A stretch of DNA of 64,000 nucleotides from Carcharhinus longimanus (taxonomy: Eukaryota): the NCBI GenBank assembly GCA_030264375.1, contig JASCQW010000137.1, positions 25,126,848 through 25,190,847 on the forward strand, read 5' to 3'. Within the stretch, counting starts at the first letter, position 1, and each line of letters begins with the position of its first letter. The translations under genes were made by a program, and so were the position numbers. Positions 25,384 through 36,899 of the stretch are shown piece by piece. The notes beneath the pieces are model-generated. The model was not told the origin of the DNA. It did not search any database and was given only the letters and a program-made list of their open reading frames with translations.

Positions 25384-26856
25384 GCCGAGAGGGTCTTGTG
25401 CCCTTCATTGAGGCAAAGGTCCTGCCCTGTGGAGATGATGGCTAGTCCCAAGATTATCAGGAGCGTCTCTAAGGCAGCTTCTAAGGCTGAAGCTGAAGAA
25501 AGTCCAAGGCCAAGGAGTCTTGGAGCAGGTAAGTCCAGGGTCTCGGACTGGGAGTGCTCGGGAGTATCAGGGAGAGGGCCAGTGTTGCGGGTGAAGAGAG
25601 TTGGGTTTAAAAGAGGGAGTGGGTCTAAGAAGGGGGCCACATTGAGATCGGCAGAAGACAGCTCCCAAAGAGTGAACCACACCCCACACCCTTCCCACTC
25701 TTAAAACCATTTGAGGTTAAAAACTGGGCTTCCCGTTCCATCCCTTGACCCATGCCAAAGATATTATGGCACGGGCAACATATTACTAAAGTCAACAGGT
25801 CTAATAACAAGCCTAATGGACCCTTAAATGGTCACTTAAATATGGCAAGTGGGTTACCAATTTTGGCAGCTGCTCACCCTCCCTGTGCAATGTTGGGGTG
25901 TGTCGGAAGTTGGTGTATGGGCACCCATGCCATTTTACGTGCCCCCCACCCCCCCATAGGAAACATGCCCGCTGGAGACATATAAAATTCAGCTCTTTAT
26001 ATTTGATTCCCTTATTGATATAGCCTGTAAATAATGACCCTGGGTGAAGCGCAAAATATTCAAAGCTTTTGTTATTTGTTCAATCACTGGGAAATGAACG
26101 TACTTCATAGGAGAGAGCAAAGTATTAGGGTGAATTATAGATTGAAGCAAGTTGACTAAAAGAATGGATCCAGGGTCCAAATTGTGCCTAATTTAATACA
26201 GCATATTTTCCTTTGTTCACTAGTATTAGCAATGAAAAGTCAGCACGGAGAGCTGGTTTCCCATTTTATACCCAGTGGGACTTCCTTTTAAACTAATATT
26301 AACAAACAGAAGAAAAAAACTCCCATCATTTGAACTGATAGAAAGACAGCAGCAAACACGAGAATTGCAATTTGAGCTCTATTCCATTCAGACTGGAGAC
26401 ACCTTGGTGGTGTGGGAATCCTGGTGTAATACAAGAATAATATTTATATTAGGTAAACACTCAAGGTTGGTTTGCTCTGTTCTAACAATTTCAAATAAGA
26501 TTTGCNNNNNNNNNNNNNNNNNNNNNNNNNNNNNNNNNNNNNNNNNNNNNNNNNNNNNNNNNNNNNNNNNNNNNNNNNNNNNNNNNNNNNNNNNNNNNNN
26601 NNNNNAGATTTGCCTGAGTATGGACTACTTAATAGGTGCTCAAATCACAATACGAAGAAAATATTACAGGCCCATAAAAGATATAGCTCTGAGATTTGAA
26701 AAAAATATATTTAATTTTAATAATGAGGCAAAGTATAATAGGGGATATTTTCTGGGTCTGCACTCAGGTGTATTAGACTCAGTAAGCAGCATGAATCTCA
26801 GAAAATTGGCCACATTCCTTCACAGGTGTATACGCTGATCTATCCAATTTTCTGAT

Positions 26857-26960
26857 CATAGAATTCCTGCAGTGCAGAAGGAGACCATTCAGCCCATCGC
26901 TTCTGCACCACCTCACCTGGCACTGTGGAGTAGCAGTGCAAACCACTGGGCCACCATGCC
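26857..26960 (-). mobile_element. Internally deleted mini-HE1 (head joined to tail)
   Basis: CATAGAATTCCTGCAGTGCAGAAGGAGACCATTCAGCCCATC tail almost directly abuts CCTGGCACTGTGGAGTAGCAGTGCAAACCACTG head. Confidence 0.75.
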
Positions 26961-27049
26961 ATCTGATATTTGTAGAATGCAGGTAACCCACCTAGCCTGG
27001 GCCCAGAACACCCCCCATAAAGTTTCTATGGCAACATCATGGGGGAACA

Positions 27050-27173
27050 TTAGCAAAGCACTGCGGAAATCTGAAATTTAAAAGAAAATGCTTAACACAC
27101 TCTCCACCAGCAGTGTCAGGGGAGAGAGAGACAGGGTTAACATTTCAGGTGGAGTGACCTTTCATCAGAACCC
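27050..27173 (-). mobile_element. Penelope-like pseudo-LTR fragment with minimal hammerhead motif
   Basis: Minus reads GGGTT-CTGATGA-A-AGGTCACTCCACCT-GAAA-TG-TT-AACCC then TGTCTCTCTCTCC...AGCATTTTCTTTTAAATTTCAGATTTCC. Confidence 0.75.
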
Positions 27174-27400
27174 TTTGAGTGAAGAAATGTGCCCTCATCT
27201 TGGTCCTAAGTAGCTAATCCCTGAGACTGTCCTGTATGGTTCTAGCCGGGTGGATCAGCCTCTCAGCATCTGCCCTGTTTAGAGTATTTATTTGTTTCAT
27301 CTGTCATCCTTCTAAACCCAAAGGAATGTAGGCCTAGACTACACAAGCTCTCCTGTCATCTGAGGAAAGGGGCCTTGTAAATTCTTGCTGCACTTCTCAA
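27174..27400 (-). mobile_element. Old CR1 fragment
   Basis: Parallels 25025-25290. Confidence 0.65.
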
Positions 27401-27404
27401 GGTA

Positions 27405-27503
27405 CCAGTTCTGATGAAACTCAACCTGAAAGTTAAGAGTCTTTCTCCCCACAGAAGCTGCCTGACTTGCTGCGCTTTTCCAGCACTTCTTGTTTTAGTT
27501 TCA
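27405..27503 (+). mobile_element. Penelope-like pseudo-LTR fragment (degenerate hammerhead)
   Basis: GTTCTGATGAAACTCAACCTGAAAGTTAA...CCACAGAAGCTGCCTGACTTGCTGCGCTTTTCCAGCA. Confidence 0.7.
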
Positions 27504-28304
27504 TGGGGGGAGACCATCACCTTTAATATCTCCCCATTCCCTCCCACCCCCGCCCCCCCCACCGCCCAACACCCTCTCCAAATTAAACTACATCTTGATT
27601 GGTACAAATGTCTCTTCATTGAAGCTGCTCTGTCTTGCGGAATTCACCACATAACGTCACTACAAGGAAGACAGCCCAGCGCAAGTGGTGTGGAAAATGA
27701 TTATGGCCTTGCCAGGGTCACCCACAACCCACAAACAGAATTGTTGGTCTGAGGCAGAATACTGTGTGGGATACCACAAAGCCTCAGGAATGCGGGATTC
27801 AATTATATTGTCTATGTTGATATAGTAGCTTGTGTTTCTATTGTACCTGCATCTCTACTTATCAAAATCTATAATCAGAGCAGATCGCCGGTCGTATTAC
27901 TGAGTGAATAAAAGGTTACGCTGCCTTATGCTGTGTAATGTAGAATAGATTATCAGGGACNNNNNNNNNNNNNNNNNNNNNNNNNNNNNNNNNNNNNNNN
28001 NNNNNNNNNNNNNNNNNNNNNNNNNNNNNNNNNNNNNNNNNNNNNNNNNNNNNNNNNNNNNNNNNNNNNNNNNNNNNNNNNNNNNNNNNNNNNNNNNNNN
28101 NNNNNNNNNNNNNNNNNNNNNNNNNNNNNNNNNNNNNNNNNNNNNNNNNNNNNNNNNNNNNNNNNNNNNNNNNNNNNNNNNNNNNNNNNNNNNNNNNNNN
28201 NNNNNNNNNNNNNNNNNNNNNNNNNNNNNNNNNNNNNNNNNNNNNNNNNNNNNNNNNNNNNNNNNNNNNNNNNNNNNNNNNNNNNNNNNNNNNNNNNNNN
28301 NNNA

Positions 28305-28388
28305 ACCTTTCCTCATAAGACCTACTCTCCAAACCAGGCAGCATCCTGGTAAATCTCCTCTGCACTCTCTCCAATGCTTCAGCATCCT
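28305..28388 (-). mobile_element. CR1 fragment next to gap
   Basis: DAEALERVQRRFTRMLPGLESRSYEER. Confidence 0.85.
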
Positions 28389-29777
28389 GAGTTGGCATGG
28401 GGAGGCAATGGAGTGTGCACACAGGTGAGGAGGGAGGGCTTGCCGGTCTAGAAGCTTCTGAAACAACTGGTATAAAGTCACAGAGAACTGAGGTGTGCAT
28501 TCTAACTGGCCTGCCTCAACAATCTGTGCTCCCGTGGCCTCCTCCAGGACTTCTGGAGTGGGTGGGCCTGACTTCATCCCACACCAACCCCCCAGAATGA
28601 AAATTGGGCCATTCAGCATTTGTTTTAATGAGGTGGGTGTGGTGATAGAGCAACTTCCAGATTCAAGCTACTCCAGACTCAAAAGTGAAAATCTGGCCCA
28701 CTGACAATGAAGTTCCTCATAAGCTTCTATCTCACACTAGACAGGGTAGACCAGACAAGAATTATACCCTGCGTCGGTGATGGTGATCAGTTGGATAGCA
28801 CACTGCATCATTAAGTTTACGAGTCTCTTATTAGACGAGACTGGAAGAAGGCCATGAGATTTCTTCAGGACTCAACAGAGAGGGCTCGGTTTGGGCCCTC
28901 CCCTTTGCACTCTGGGTGACCTAGCTTTCTTTGTGGAGTTGGGAATATTGAAGTAGATTGGCTTTAGTGGGCAGTCGAGTGACAATGAAATGTGTGTTAT
29001 GTTCATGGAGAGATGGAGATAAGATCAAGCGATCGAGATTTTGAGAGAATTGTTAAACATAGCAGATTGCAAGCTCCTTATCTCTAGATCCAGGGGGTAG
29101 GAAAACAAATTACTAAATGAATCACTAAATGATGGGTTTCCCGTGGACAGGAAATCATTAAGACAGTGTTGGAAAGTGGCCTGCACGGGGCTCCCTTCTT
29201 CTGCAATAGATTACTTCAATGTTTTGATCATAGCTGGGAAATGTCTAAGCCTTGTATGCTCATGATGATCTTTAATGCAGTACATACACACATTCAATAA
29301 ACCAAAGATATAGAACCAGGGGAAAAAAAAACCAAGAAAAGCATTTTAATCTTTACCAATACCTTGGAGTTTTCATTTTAGGTAGCTGCTGTTTGAGTCT
29401 AATCAAATAATAGACTCAAACCGAGGCAAGCAAACTATTTTAATCTTAGAGAAGCGAATAGATAAGCACATTTAAAGTCTTCAAAGTGCTTTCATACAAT
29501 CTGGACTCTAACAGAGTTTCGTTCTTGTGGGCACTACTTGCTTAACCTGTGACATTATGAGAATGTAAGAGCGTTCAAGTTGTCTTAATTTAGCAGGGCA
29601 ATATTGATGAATTGTGATTTTCATATCCTTCCCAAGAGTGTTTATATCTGGGTTGCTTTCCTATCCTGAGTGGCATTTTTGGGTTAAAGATGGTCTATTG
29701 GAGGGTGCATTTCAGAAGAGATCGTGAGAAACCGGACAGAACAGAAATAATGGGCTGCATTTCTCACAGTATTTTGT

Positions 29778-29843
29778 GGTAGTGTGGTTGAGTGATTTAA
29801 GAAGCTGGATTCCAGGTTCCAGTTCGAATCCCACCCTTGCCCA
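29778..29843 (+). pseudogene. tRNA-Leu pseudogene (variable arm deleted)
   Basis: GGTAGTGTGGTTGAGTGATTTAAGAAGCTGGATTCCAGGTTCCAG-TTCGAATCCCACCCTTGCCCA aligns to vertebrate tRNA-Leu GGTAGCGTGGCCGAGCGGTCTAAGGCGCTGGATT.AGGCTCCAG...GGTTCGAATCCCACCGCTGCCA with CpG decay. Confidence 0.7.
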
Positions 29844-29919
29844 AGGCTTGTTGGCATTTGAGACACTTCAGTAAATACCTTTGTACGGACGAGAACCAGC
29901 TTCACTTTAAAAAAATGTC

Positions 29920-30210
29920 TACTTGAAGTGTACCAACTCATAACAGGTCTCAACAGGGTAGATGCAGGAAGAATATTTCCCCTGGCTGGGAGTTCTAGAG
30001 TCACCTGATACACTGACAGTGCTCCGAAAGTTTGTGGCTTGTGCTACCAAATAAGCCCCTTGGACTTTACCCTGGTGTTGTGAGACTTCTTACTGGGAGT
30101 TCTAGAACCAGGGAACAGTCTCAGAGTAAGGGGCAGGCTAAATAGAAGTGAAATGAGGAGGAATTTCTTCAGTCAGAGGGCGGTGAATCTTTGGAATTCT
30201 CTTTGGAATT
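29920..30210 (+). mobile_element. CR1 fragment interrupted by a Penelope-like insertion
   Basis: GLNRVDAGRIFPLAGSSR|TREQSQSKG continuity across the insertion; RNFFSQRAVNLWNSL. Confidence 0.8.
30000..30094 (+). mobile_element. Penelope-like fragment with 14-bp flanking direct repeat
   Basis: GCTCCGAAAG...TTGGACTTTACCCTGGTGTTGTGAGACTTCTTACTG, same family as 40163 and 42781; CTGGGAGTTCTAGA at 29986-29999 and 30093-30106. Confidence 0.8.
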
Positions 30211-30400
30211 AAGATAATCTCAAACATCTTAATTCTCTACCTCCAGTATTCTTTACTAACTCATTAACACATATGATGTGCATTCAGTTTGTTTAATTCG
30301 CTCTGGGATTTTTAAATTCTCTTGTTACCAGGACATTGCTGGGTAGATGGATTGATTGATTTACTGCAGGGAGCCAGGGTTGTGGAGATTCATAATCATT

Positions 30401-30527
30401 GGGCAGGATTTTATGGCCTCACTCATCCTGAAACCTAAAATCCTGCCCAAGGTGAAAGGGACCTCTCCATGGTCTGCCCCTTGCCTGCTCCAATTCCCAT
30501 GGCTAGCGGGATGATAAAATTCTGGCC
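30401..30527. mobile_element. Harbinger-type MITE with 3-bp TSD ATT
   Basis: GGGCAGGATTTTAT...ATAAAATTCTGGCC TIRs flanked by ATT; homologous to 46886-46996. Confidence 0.75.
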
Positions 30528-30591
30528 ATTGAAGATGTTCAATGTAGATGTCAATAGATTTTTGCATAAGGGTTAGTTTGCTTTGAGGTTG

Positions 30592-30678
30592 AAGTTGAGC
30601 CATGATCTCGTTCAGATGCGAATAGCCAACTAAGCTAAGTTGAGCCATGATCTAGTTCAGATGCGAATAGCCAACTAA
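30592..30678. repeat. Tandem duplication, 42 bp x2 (period 45)
   Basis: AAGTTGAGCCATGATCT(C/A)GTTCAGATGCGAATAGCCAACTAA twice, one mismatch. Confidence 0.9.
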
Positions 30679-31546
30679 CCTCCATACTAAGGTGGCAGCA
30701 TAGAAGACAAGTTTGCAGAGTTGAAAATACAAGCCAAAATGTAATATAATAAAGGTTAACCCAGGACACTGACAGATAGACCAGAATTGTTGGGTATGGA
30801 CCTCACAGAAAGCATACGAATGTCAGAACAAGTGGTAGACAGTTGGTAGACAATGGAAAGAAAATATGCATTGTGGTTCTTTCAGCAGCAATAGCGTGGA
30901 GCTAGGGGAATTGTGTCTGTTGTCCCCGCACTTCTGGACAGTTGGAAAAGATCAATACAAAAGTATTTTTGCAAATGATGAAGGCTAAGGCCAAATTATT
31001 AACAACAGGGATTTTAGTTCCTCATATTAGAAAACAAAAAAAGGGGAGGGAAACCTTAAAAAAAATTCTTATTCTGAATGTGCCGCAAAGTTGTTTCTTG
31101 ACTGTTTCAAACATCGACAGTCACTGACCGTCTTGGGTCTACTTTTTAGTGGTGACCTATATTACATATTAGAAGCAAAAAGCATCAAGAATCCAGTGAA
31201 TCTAATGGTACGCTTGTGAGGTTATGAAACGAAAGGTCAATGCTACAAAATACATTAGGCTTTAAAAGAGTAGACTTTGAGTGAAGCAGGATTTTATAGT
31301 CGGAATTGAAACAACAATTGTTGAAAGCTTTACAGTAGATAAGTGGGAACTATTAAGGGACAAGTGACAACTATAGTTCCTTTGGACTAAATCAGAGCAG
31401 GTTATAATACAACAATGTGGTCAAGATGGTACTATTAGGAATAAACATAAAGCTTAAAGGAGCAAGGAATCTTGATAGCAGGCAAATTAAAAAATGAGAA
31501 AAACAGGACCAGACAACCATGACAAGGCAAAAGAAACTATTAAGTA

Positions 31547-31675
31547 TTTGATTTGATTTATTATTGTCGGTCACATGTATTGGGATACAGTGAAAAGTAT
31601 TGTTTCTAACACACTATTCAAAATTTACTGCTCATAGAGTACACAGGGGAGAAGGAAACGATAGTGTGCAGAGTA
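31547..31675 (-). mobile_element. Rex1/Babar LINE extreme 3' end
   Basis: TTTGATTTGATTTATTATTGTC..TCACATGTATTGGGATACAGTGAAAAGT. Confidence 0.8.
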
Positions 31676-31974
31676 TTAAAAGGGCATAATTAGAAAGTTT
31701 AAAAGAGTTAGAGTTCAATTTTAATGGCATAGAATGGGAGTAAAAGATGCAATTAGAAGCTATGCTGGGGACAGCTCGCAAGAAGTCACCTCACTTCAGC
31801 GCCAACTTTCTTTCTTATATTGCAGTTTTTTAAATATTGCAATTCATGACAATATCTCAATACTTTTAAATACATAAATAGTAAATAACTGCTGAGAGAA
31901 TCCACTGGTTACTTTAAATAAACAGCTGGAGACTGTAATTTGGGGAAAAACTGCACTGGTTACTTTATGACAAG

Positions 31975-32266
31975 AGGTCCGATGACAGCAAGGTAGAATC
32001 CCTACTTCTAGGCCAAAACCTTCATGTTTAAGATGAACGTCAGGACTTGATCGCCATGGAAACTACATTTGTAATGTGGCCAAACAAGTTGACCCTCAGC
32101 CTGTAAATCCTTCCAATATGCCTGATGGCAGGCAATTTCTCACTCAGCCACACTGCAGAAGGTAATGACAAACCACTGCAGTACTTTGTCAAGGATAATC
32201 ATGTACCAATCCAATGGAAGTCCAGAGTTACCAATGCCCTTTTCGGACCTGGTGCGAGAAAGAGGA
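31975..32266 (+). mobile_element. SINE family D variant with RTE-like tail
   Basis: Body CAGGACTTGATCGCCATGGAA...GGCCAAACAAGTTGA...CCTGTAAATCCTTCCAATATGCC aligns to 51775-52078 (minus); tail GAAGGTAATGACAAACCACTGCAGTACTTTG. Confidence 0.6.
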
Positions 32267-32471
32267 GTTATTCCATATGTGCCTTGATTGACAGAGAAAG
32301 GATAATCACGAAACAAGTAGTTATGTCCAGAAAGTGAAAGATGAGGAAAAACACTTGCATTAACGTAGCACCTTGCATAGACTTACCTGACAAATTAATT
32401 TAAAAATGTAATTATTGCTGTCACACAGGCAAATATGGCAATCAAATGGCACTCACTGGACAAACAACATA

Positions 32472-32720
32472 GAAAGCAAAATACTGTAAGTGCTCAAAAT
32501 ATTAAAAACAAAAAGAAAATGTGAGAAAAACTCAGCAGGTCAGACAGCATCTGTCAAGAAATAAGCAGTTAACATTTCAGGTCGATGACCTTTAGTCAAG
32601 AACTGGGAAAAGAAAAATGGAGATGCAACAGGTTTTAAGCAAGGACAGAGCTACGAAAAGGACAAAACGGAAGATCTGCGATAAGATGGAAGGCAGGAAA
32701 AATTAAATGACAAAAGGGAA
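32472..32720 (-). mobile_element. Penelope-like fragment (degenerate hammerhead core)
   Basis: Minus reads CAGTT-CTTGACTA-AAGGTCATCGACCT-GAAA-TG-TT-AACTG followed by the same pLTR sequence as 27050. Confidence 0.7.
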
Positions 32721-32739
32721 AATGAAGACAAAAGGAGGT

Positions 32740-33067
32740 CATAGAATCCCTTAAGCACAGAAGGAGGCCATTCTGTCCATCTAGTCTGCACCGACAATGA
32801 TCAGACCCAGGCCCTATTCCTAAAACCCCACATATTGAATATTAATCTTGCTAATCCTCTGACACGAATGGACAATTTAGCATGGCCAATCTGCCTAACT
32901 TGCACATTTTTGGAGTGTGGCAAGAAACCGGAGCACCTGGGGGAAACACACACAGACACGGGGAGAATGCACAAACTCCACACAGACAGTGACCCAAGCA
33001 GGGAATTGAATCCGGGTCACGGGGGCTGTGAGGCAGCAGTGCTAACCACTGTGCCACCGTGCTGCCC
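32740..33067 (-). mobile_element. HE1 SINE, full length
   Basis: Head GGGCAGCACGGTGGCACAGTGGTTAGC, V core, CR1-type tail. Confidence 0.92.
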
Positions 33068-33119
33068 TCAGATGTGAAAGGGCCAAACATATCTGCAGGG
33101 AGCTCAGAGATTTGCACAG

Positions 33120-33830
33120 ATTGGGGAGGACTTTAATTATCCTAATACCCTTTATCCATATCGATTGGGATAAGTGGGGAGACGGGGGTGGGGGGGAGGG
33201 GGAGGCGGGGGCGATAGGAATTTCTTAACTGTAGTCAGGAGAACTTCCTTGATCAGTACGTTCTCAGTTCAAATAGAAAGAAGGCATTGTTGGATCTGAA
33301 AATGAAGTGGCCAAGTGAACCAAGTGTCTTTGTGGGGGATCATTTGAGTAAGAGTGATCATCGTATCAGAAGGTTTAGATTGTAATGGAAAAAAGCAAGG
33401 AACAATCTAATGCAGAAATTTAAAATAGAAAGAGAGGCTATTTCAATGCAGTGAGAAGGGATTTAACCAGAATAAAATGGAATCAGAGGCAGAGCTGCAG
33501 TGGAACAATGGGGATATTTAAGGAACAGGTACCTCATGGACAGGGAAGTTACATTCCAATAAGGATGAAAACCAAGGGAGCCAAATGATGATGACAGAAA
33601 TAGAGATTAAGATTAAACAAAAAAGGGGTGCCCGATTCATGTTAGTTTCATTTTCTTCAGCTGAAAAGCTGGTCAAACACAACAGGCTGAGAGGGGAAGT
33701 GAAGAGGAAAGTAAGACTGGCAAAGAGAGAGTGTGAGAATAGAATTTCAGTCAACATAAAAAGCAACATAAAACTGTTCTACAAGCATTCAGTTAGTCAA
33801 CAGGTAGTAAGAGATATGGTGGAATTTTCC
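33120..33830 (+). mobile_element. Old CR1 ORF2, endonuclease C-terminal and linker region
   Basis: DFNYPN, QENFLDQYV, ALLDL, HLSKSDHR and NIKSNIKLFYKH motifs with frameshifts. Confidence 0.75.
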
Positions 33831-34486
33831 ATTCTAGAGACTCAGGGTGGAATTCTTCTATTTTGAGATTAAGTGTGGTAGTGGATGACTCTGGCAGTGC
33901 CTTTCCCACCAACCAGAATAACAGGATCCCAGTGCCAGATTCTGTGCTTGGAACCTCATTAATTATGTACAGGTGAGATCCCCTCTGAATCTCCCAGCAA
34001 ACAGATTCATTCATTCACTCTCAGTTGGCTTGTTCACTTGTTCCATATTTAAATACGAGTTCAGCACATTCATATCACTCTCTCCATTCCAGCAGTCTTC
34101 ACCAAATTGTGCAGGATGCCAGCAACCCAGAGGGAAGAAGCTAGTTGCCTCAAGAAGAAGTCTGTTCCTTGATTCAACCACCCTCCCCCCGAGCCCATCA
34201 CCTGTGAGGCACTGTCATGTATCTGCCTAGTGACAGCAGTAGCCAGCATACAAAGGGTTGATGAGATGCAACATTTCCCAGTAATGAGATCAGCACATGC
34301 AATCAGGTGTAAATAGATATCATCAGGAAACAGATTATCTAGATGACTAAGAAATCAGAGGATTATACAGATGCTAATTTTGAGAGTGACAGAATATAAG
34401 AGATGCAGACAGCCCAAATACACAAAGGGGATAATCACAGAGGACCCATGGTATAATTGGCAGCACCTGCAGAACCAGGCAGGCTT

Positions 34487-34790
34487 AAGTTTTAAGTTTA
34501 TCCAGTCATGTCACAAGTAGGCTTGCATAACACTGTAAGGAAGTTACTGTGAAAATCTCCTAGTCACTACACTCTGGCACCTGTTCGGGTACAGTAAGGG
34601 AGAATTTAACATGGCCATTGCACCTATCCAGCACATCTTTTGGACCACGGGAGTAAACCAGAGCACCCGGAGGAAACTCGTGCAGTCATGGGGAGAACGT
34701 GCAGACTCCGCGCAGACAGTGCCCAAGCCGGGAATTGAACTTGGATCCCTGGCACTGTGAGGCAGCAGTGTTAACCACTGTACCACCCCG
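34487..34790 (-). mobile_element. V-SINE tail-B subfamily
   Basis: GTCACAAGTAGGCTTGCATAACACTG tail, V core and head. Confidence 0.88.
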
Positions 34791-34797
34791 CTTGCTA

Positions 34798-34918
34798 AAC
34801 ATCTCACAGTCGAGAGTCCAGTCTAGCATCTAACAGCCAGAAAGACACTGTAACATCTAAGAGCTGGAAAGGCCAGTTTTACAGCTCACAGTCTGAGAAG
34901 CCATTTTAACATCTCAGG
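34798..34918. repeat. Degenerate 27-28 bp tandem array (~4.4 units)
   Basis: AACATCTCACAGTCGAGAGTCCAGTCT / AGCATCTAACAGCCAGAAAGACACTGT / AACATCTAAGAGCTGGAAAGGCCAGTTT / TACAGCTCACAGTCTGAGAAGCCATTTT / AACATCTCAGG. Confidence 0.7.
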
Positions 34919-35639
34919 AGGTTTACAGCCAGGATTGTGCAGGAACCTGCACACAGGCAGTTTAAGTATCTCTCCTGGACTAGGAAAAGACATTTCCCAG
35001 ACTTAATCATCCACCTTATATTATGTGGTAACTATAAACTGGATGCAACTTGTACATTTATTTAATTTGGATATTATCTGGGAACAGAAAAGTCTGAAGG
35101 AGTTCAGAAATCACAAATGTATATATTTTGGAACAAGGCGTAATTTCTATATAAATTGTGTGTGAGATTAGGAGCTCATGTATTTAATTGTCTTAGAGTG
35201 TTATAGTCCTAGTTGTGCGTATTTGTCTTTGGTTTAATAAACAATCTTTAATAATTGCCACGTGACAATTGGGCTGGTCATTCCCACTGGGGGTTTTGCG
35301 TGACTCCTCACACTATTCCAAAACCAAAATGAAATAGCACCACAAACTGTTGTTTCAAATTGGGATGCCCTCACAGATAACATTCACATTGTTCATGACA
35401 GACACCCATGCCCCACTTGGGCCTCTTACCCACCGTGTCTGGAGTCTTCATCCATCCTTTTTCAGTGGACAATGTGGTATCACCCCCTTGTTTGTGAGCT
35501 GAGGTCTAGTTTCCCTCCCCTCAGTCTTCCTCTTCCTTCTGTTACTCTCAAATGCCCTCCAAAATGGAGAACAATAAGGGCCAGGCAATAAATGTTGACC
35601 CCCTCCCCCGCCCCACAGCAATGCCCTCATCCCATAAGT

Positions 35640-36460
35640 GAAGTAAAAAGAATTATCCAGAGGGCTTGCCTCCATGTATTTTCATAGAAATTGAAACAAG
35701 CTAATGAAACTTCAGCATTTTCTTACCTTTTCTAAATTCGAGCACAGTTCTGAGGATTGGATAATGGCTAATGGAGGGTCAGGAGACCTTCAAGATTGTT
35801 ATCGATAAAACGGTTTGAAGTCAGACACAGGAACATCTTTGAAATGATTTTGGAATCTAATGGGTGAACCTTTTTGAAAGGATAGTTGGTATGGATTCAG
35901 GAAGGTAGTCATGTTTGAGTAGCCAGCTGCGAATTTTCAAGCCTGCTGCCGACATGGTGGTCAGGAGAAATGCAGCTGATAAATGTTCAAGCTTTCAGTA
36001 AGCTCTTGACAAGGTTCCACCTAAGTGATTAATGGCTATGGAACAATCGGCCCTGCTGGTCAAAGCAAGGCAATTCATGGCAAGAATTGAGATATTTTCT
36101 TGTGAAGGGAGTTACACAAGTATAAGTATGATTGCTTATAATTTATGGTAAGAAGTCAAGGTGTAGGAAAAGAAATATGTTGTTAAATCGACATTTTGAT
36201 TAAAAACCAGAGAACTGAAGCCCCCTCTAAAGGAGAACCTACAAAATATTTGGAGATTAAGATCAGGACACCCAGGTATGAAGTTTGAAGCTCTTACTAT
36301 TTTCCAGGTAGATTAAAAACCTAGAAGGGCGTGTCATAGTCAAAACATACAAATTTGGAATAGATAATATTCATTAAAAAGGCTTGCAGACATTTGGGAT
36401 AAAAATACATAGGTGAAAGGGGAATGAGATAAAGGTCAGTTAGATGTCACTCCTGTTGTG
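35640..36460 (+). mobile_element. Highly decayed CR1 RT remnant
   Basis: VLRIG/EDWIMAN, YGFRK and FSK.LDKVP motifs resembling CR1 RT. Confidence 0.5.
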
Positions 36461-36899
36461 CACCATGTATAATCTACCTGTGGTCAGGTGACCCATGATC
36501 TCCAGTATTATTACAAAAATATTGATATCAGCCAACTATTAAAGACCGAGGAACAGCTGGTCCCAATCTTATTGAAAGGGTATTACCAGTCTTTTTGGAC
36601 AAACTGTTCAAATACGGTGATAAAGACCTACAAATCCTTGGAAGTATGTGTCCAAGTTAGATTTGAAACTGTACTTAGAGATTTAAGCCTGTTTACGGAA
36701 GAGTCCTGTGAAGAGATTGGTAAGAGTTCAATAGTGGAGTCTGACAAATACTGTTTTTCCTTGGTAAGTATTCAGTAAAGTTGTGTTGCACCTTCAGCTG
36801 ATTCTTGACTCCTTTGTCTATCTTACTGTATAACATGCCTAAGTTAAAAAGGGTTACTGCAAACAGGTCAAGGTTAATCAGGGTACATTTACCCACCTT

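Noticed and set aside
34798-34918. Regularly spaced repeats as a CRISPR-like array
   Set aside because: Whole units are similar with no unique spacers; eukaryotic context and no cas genes.
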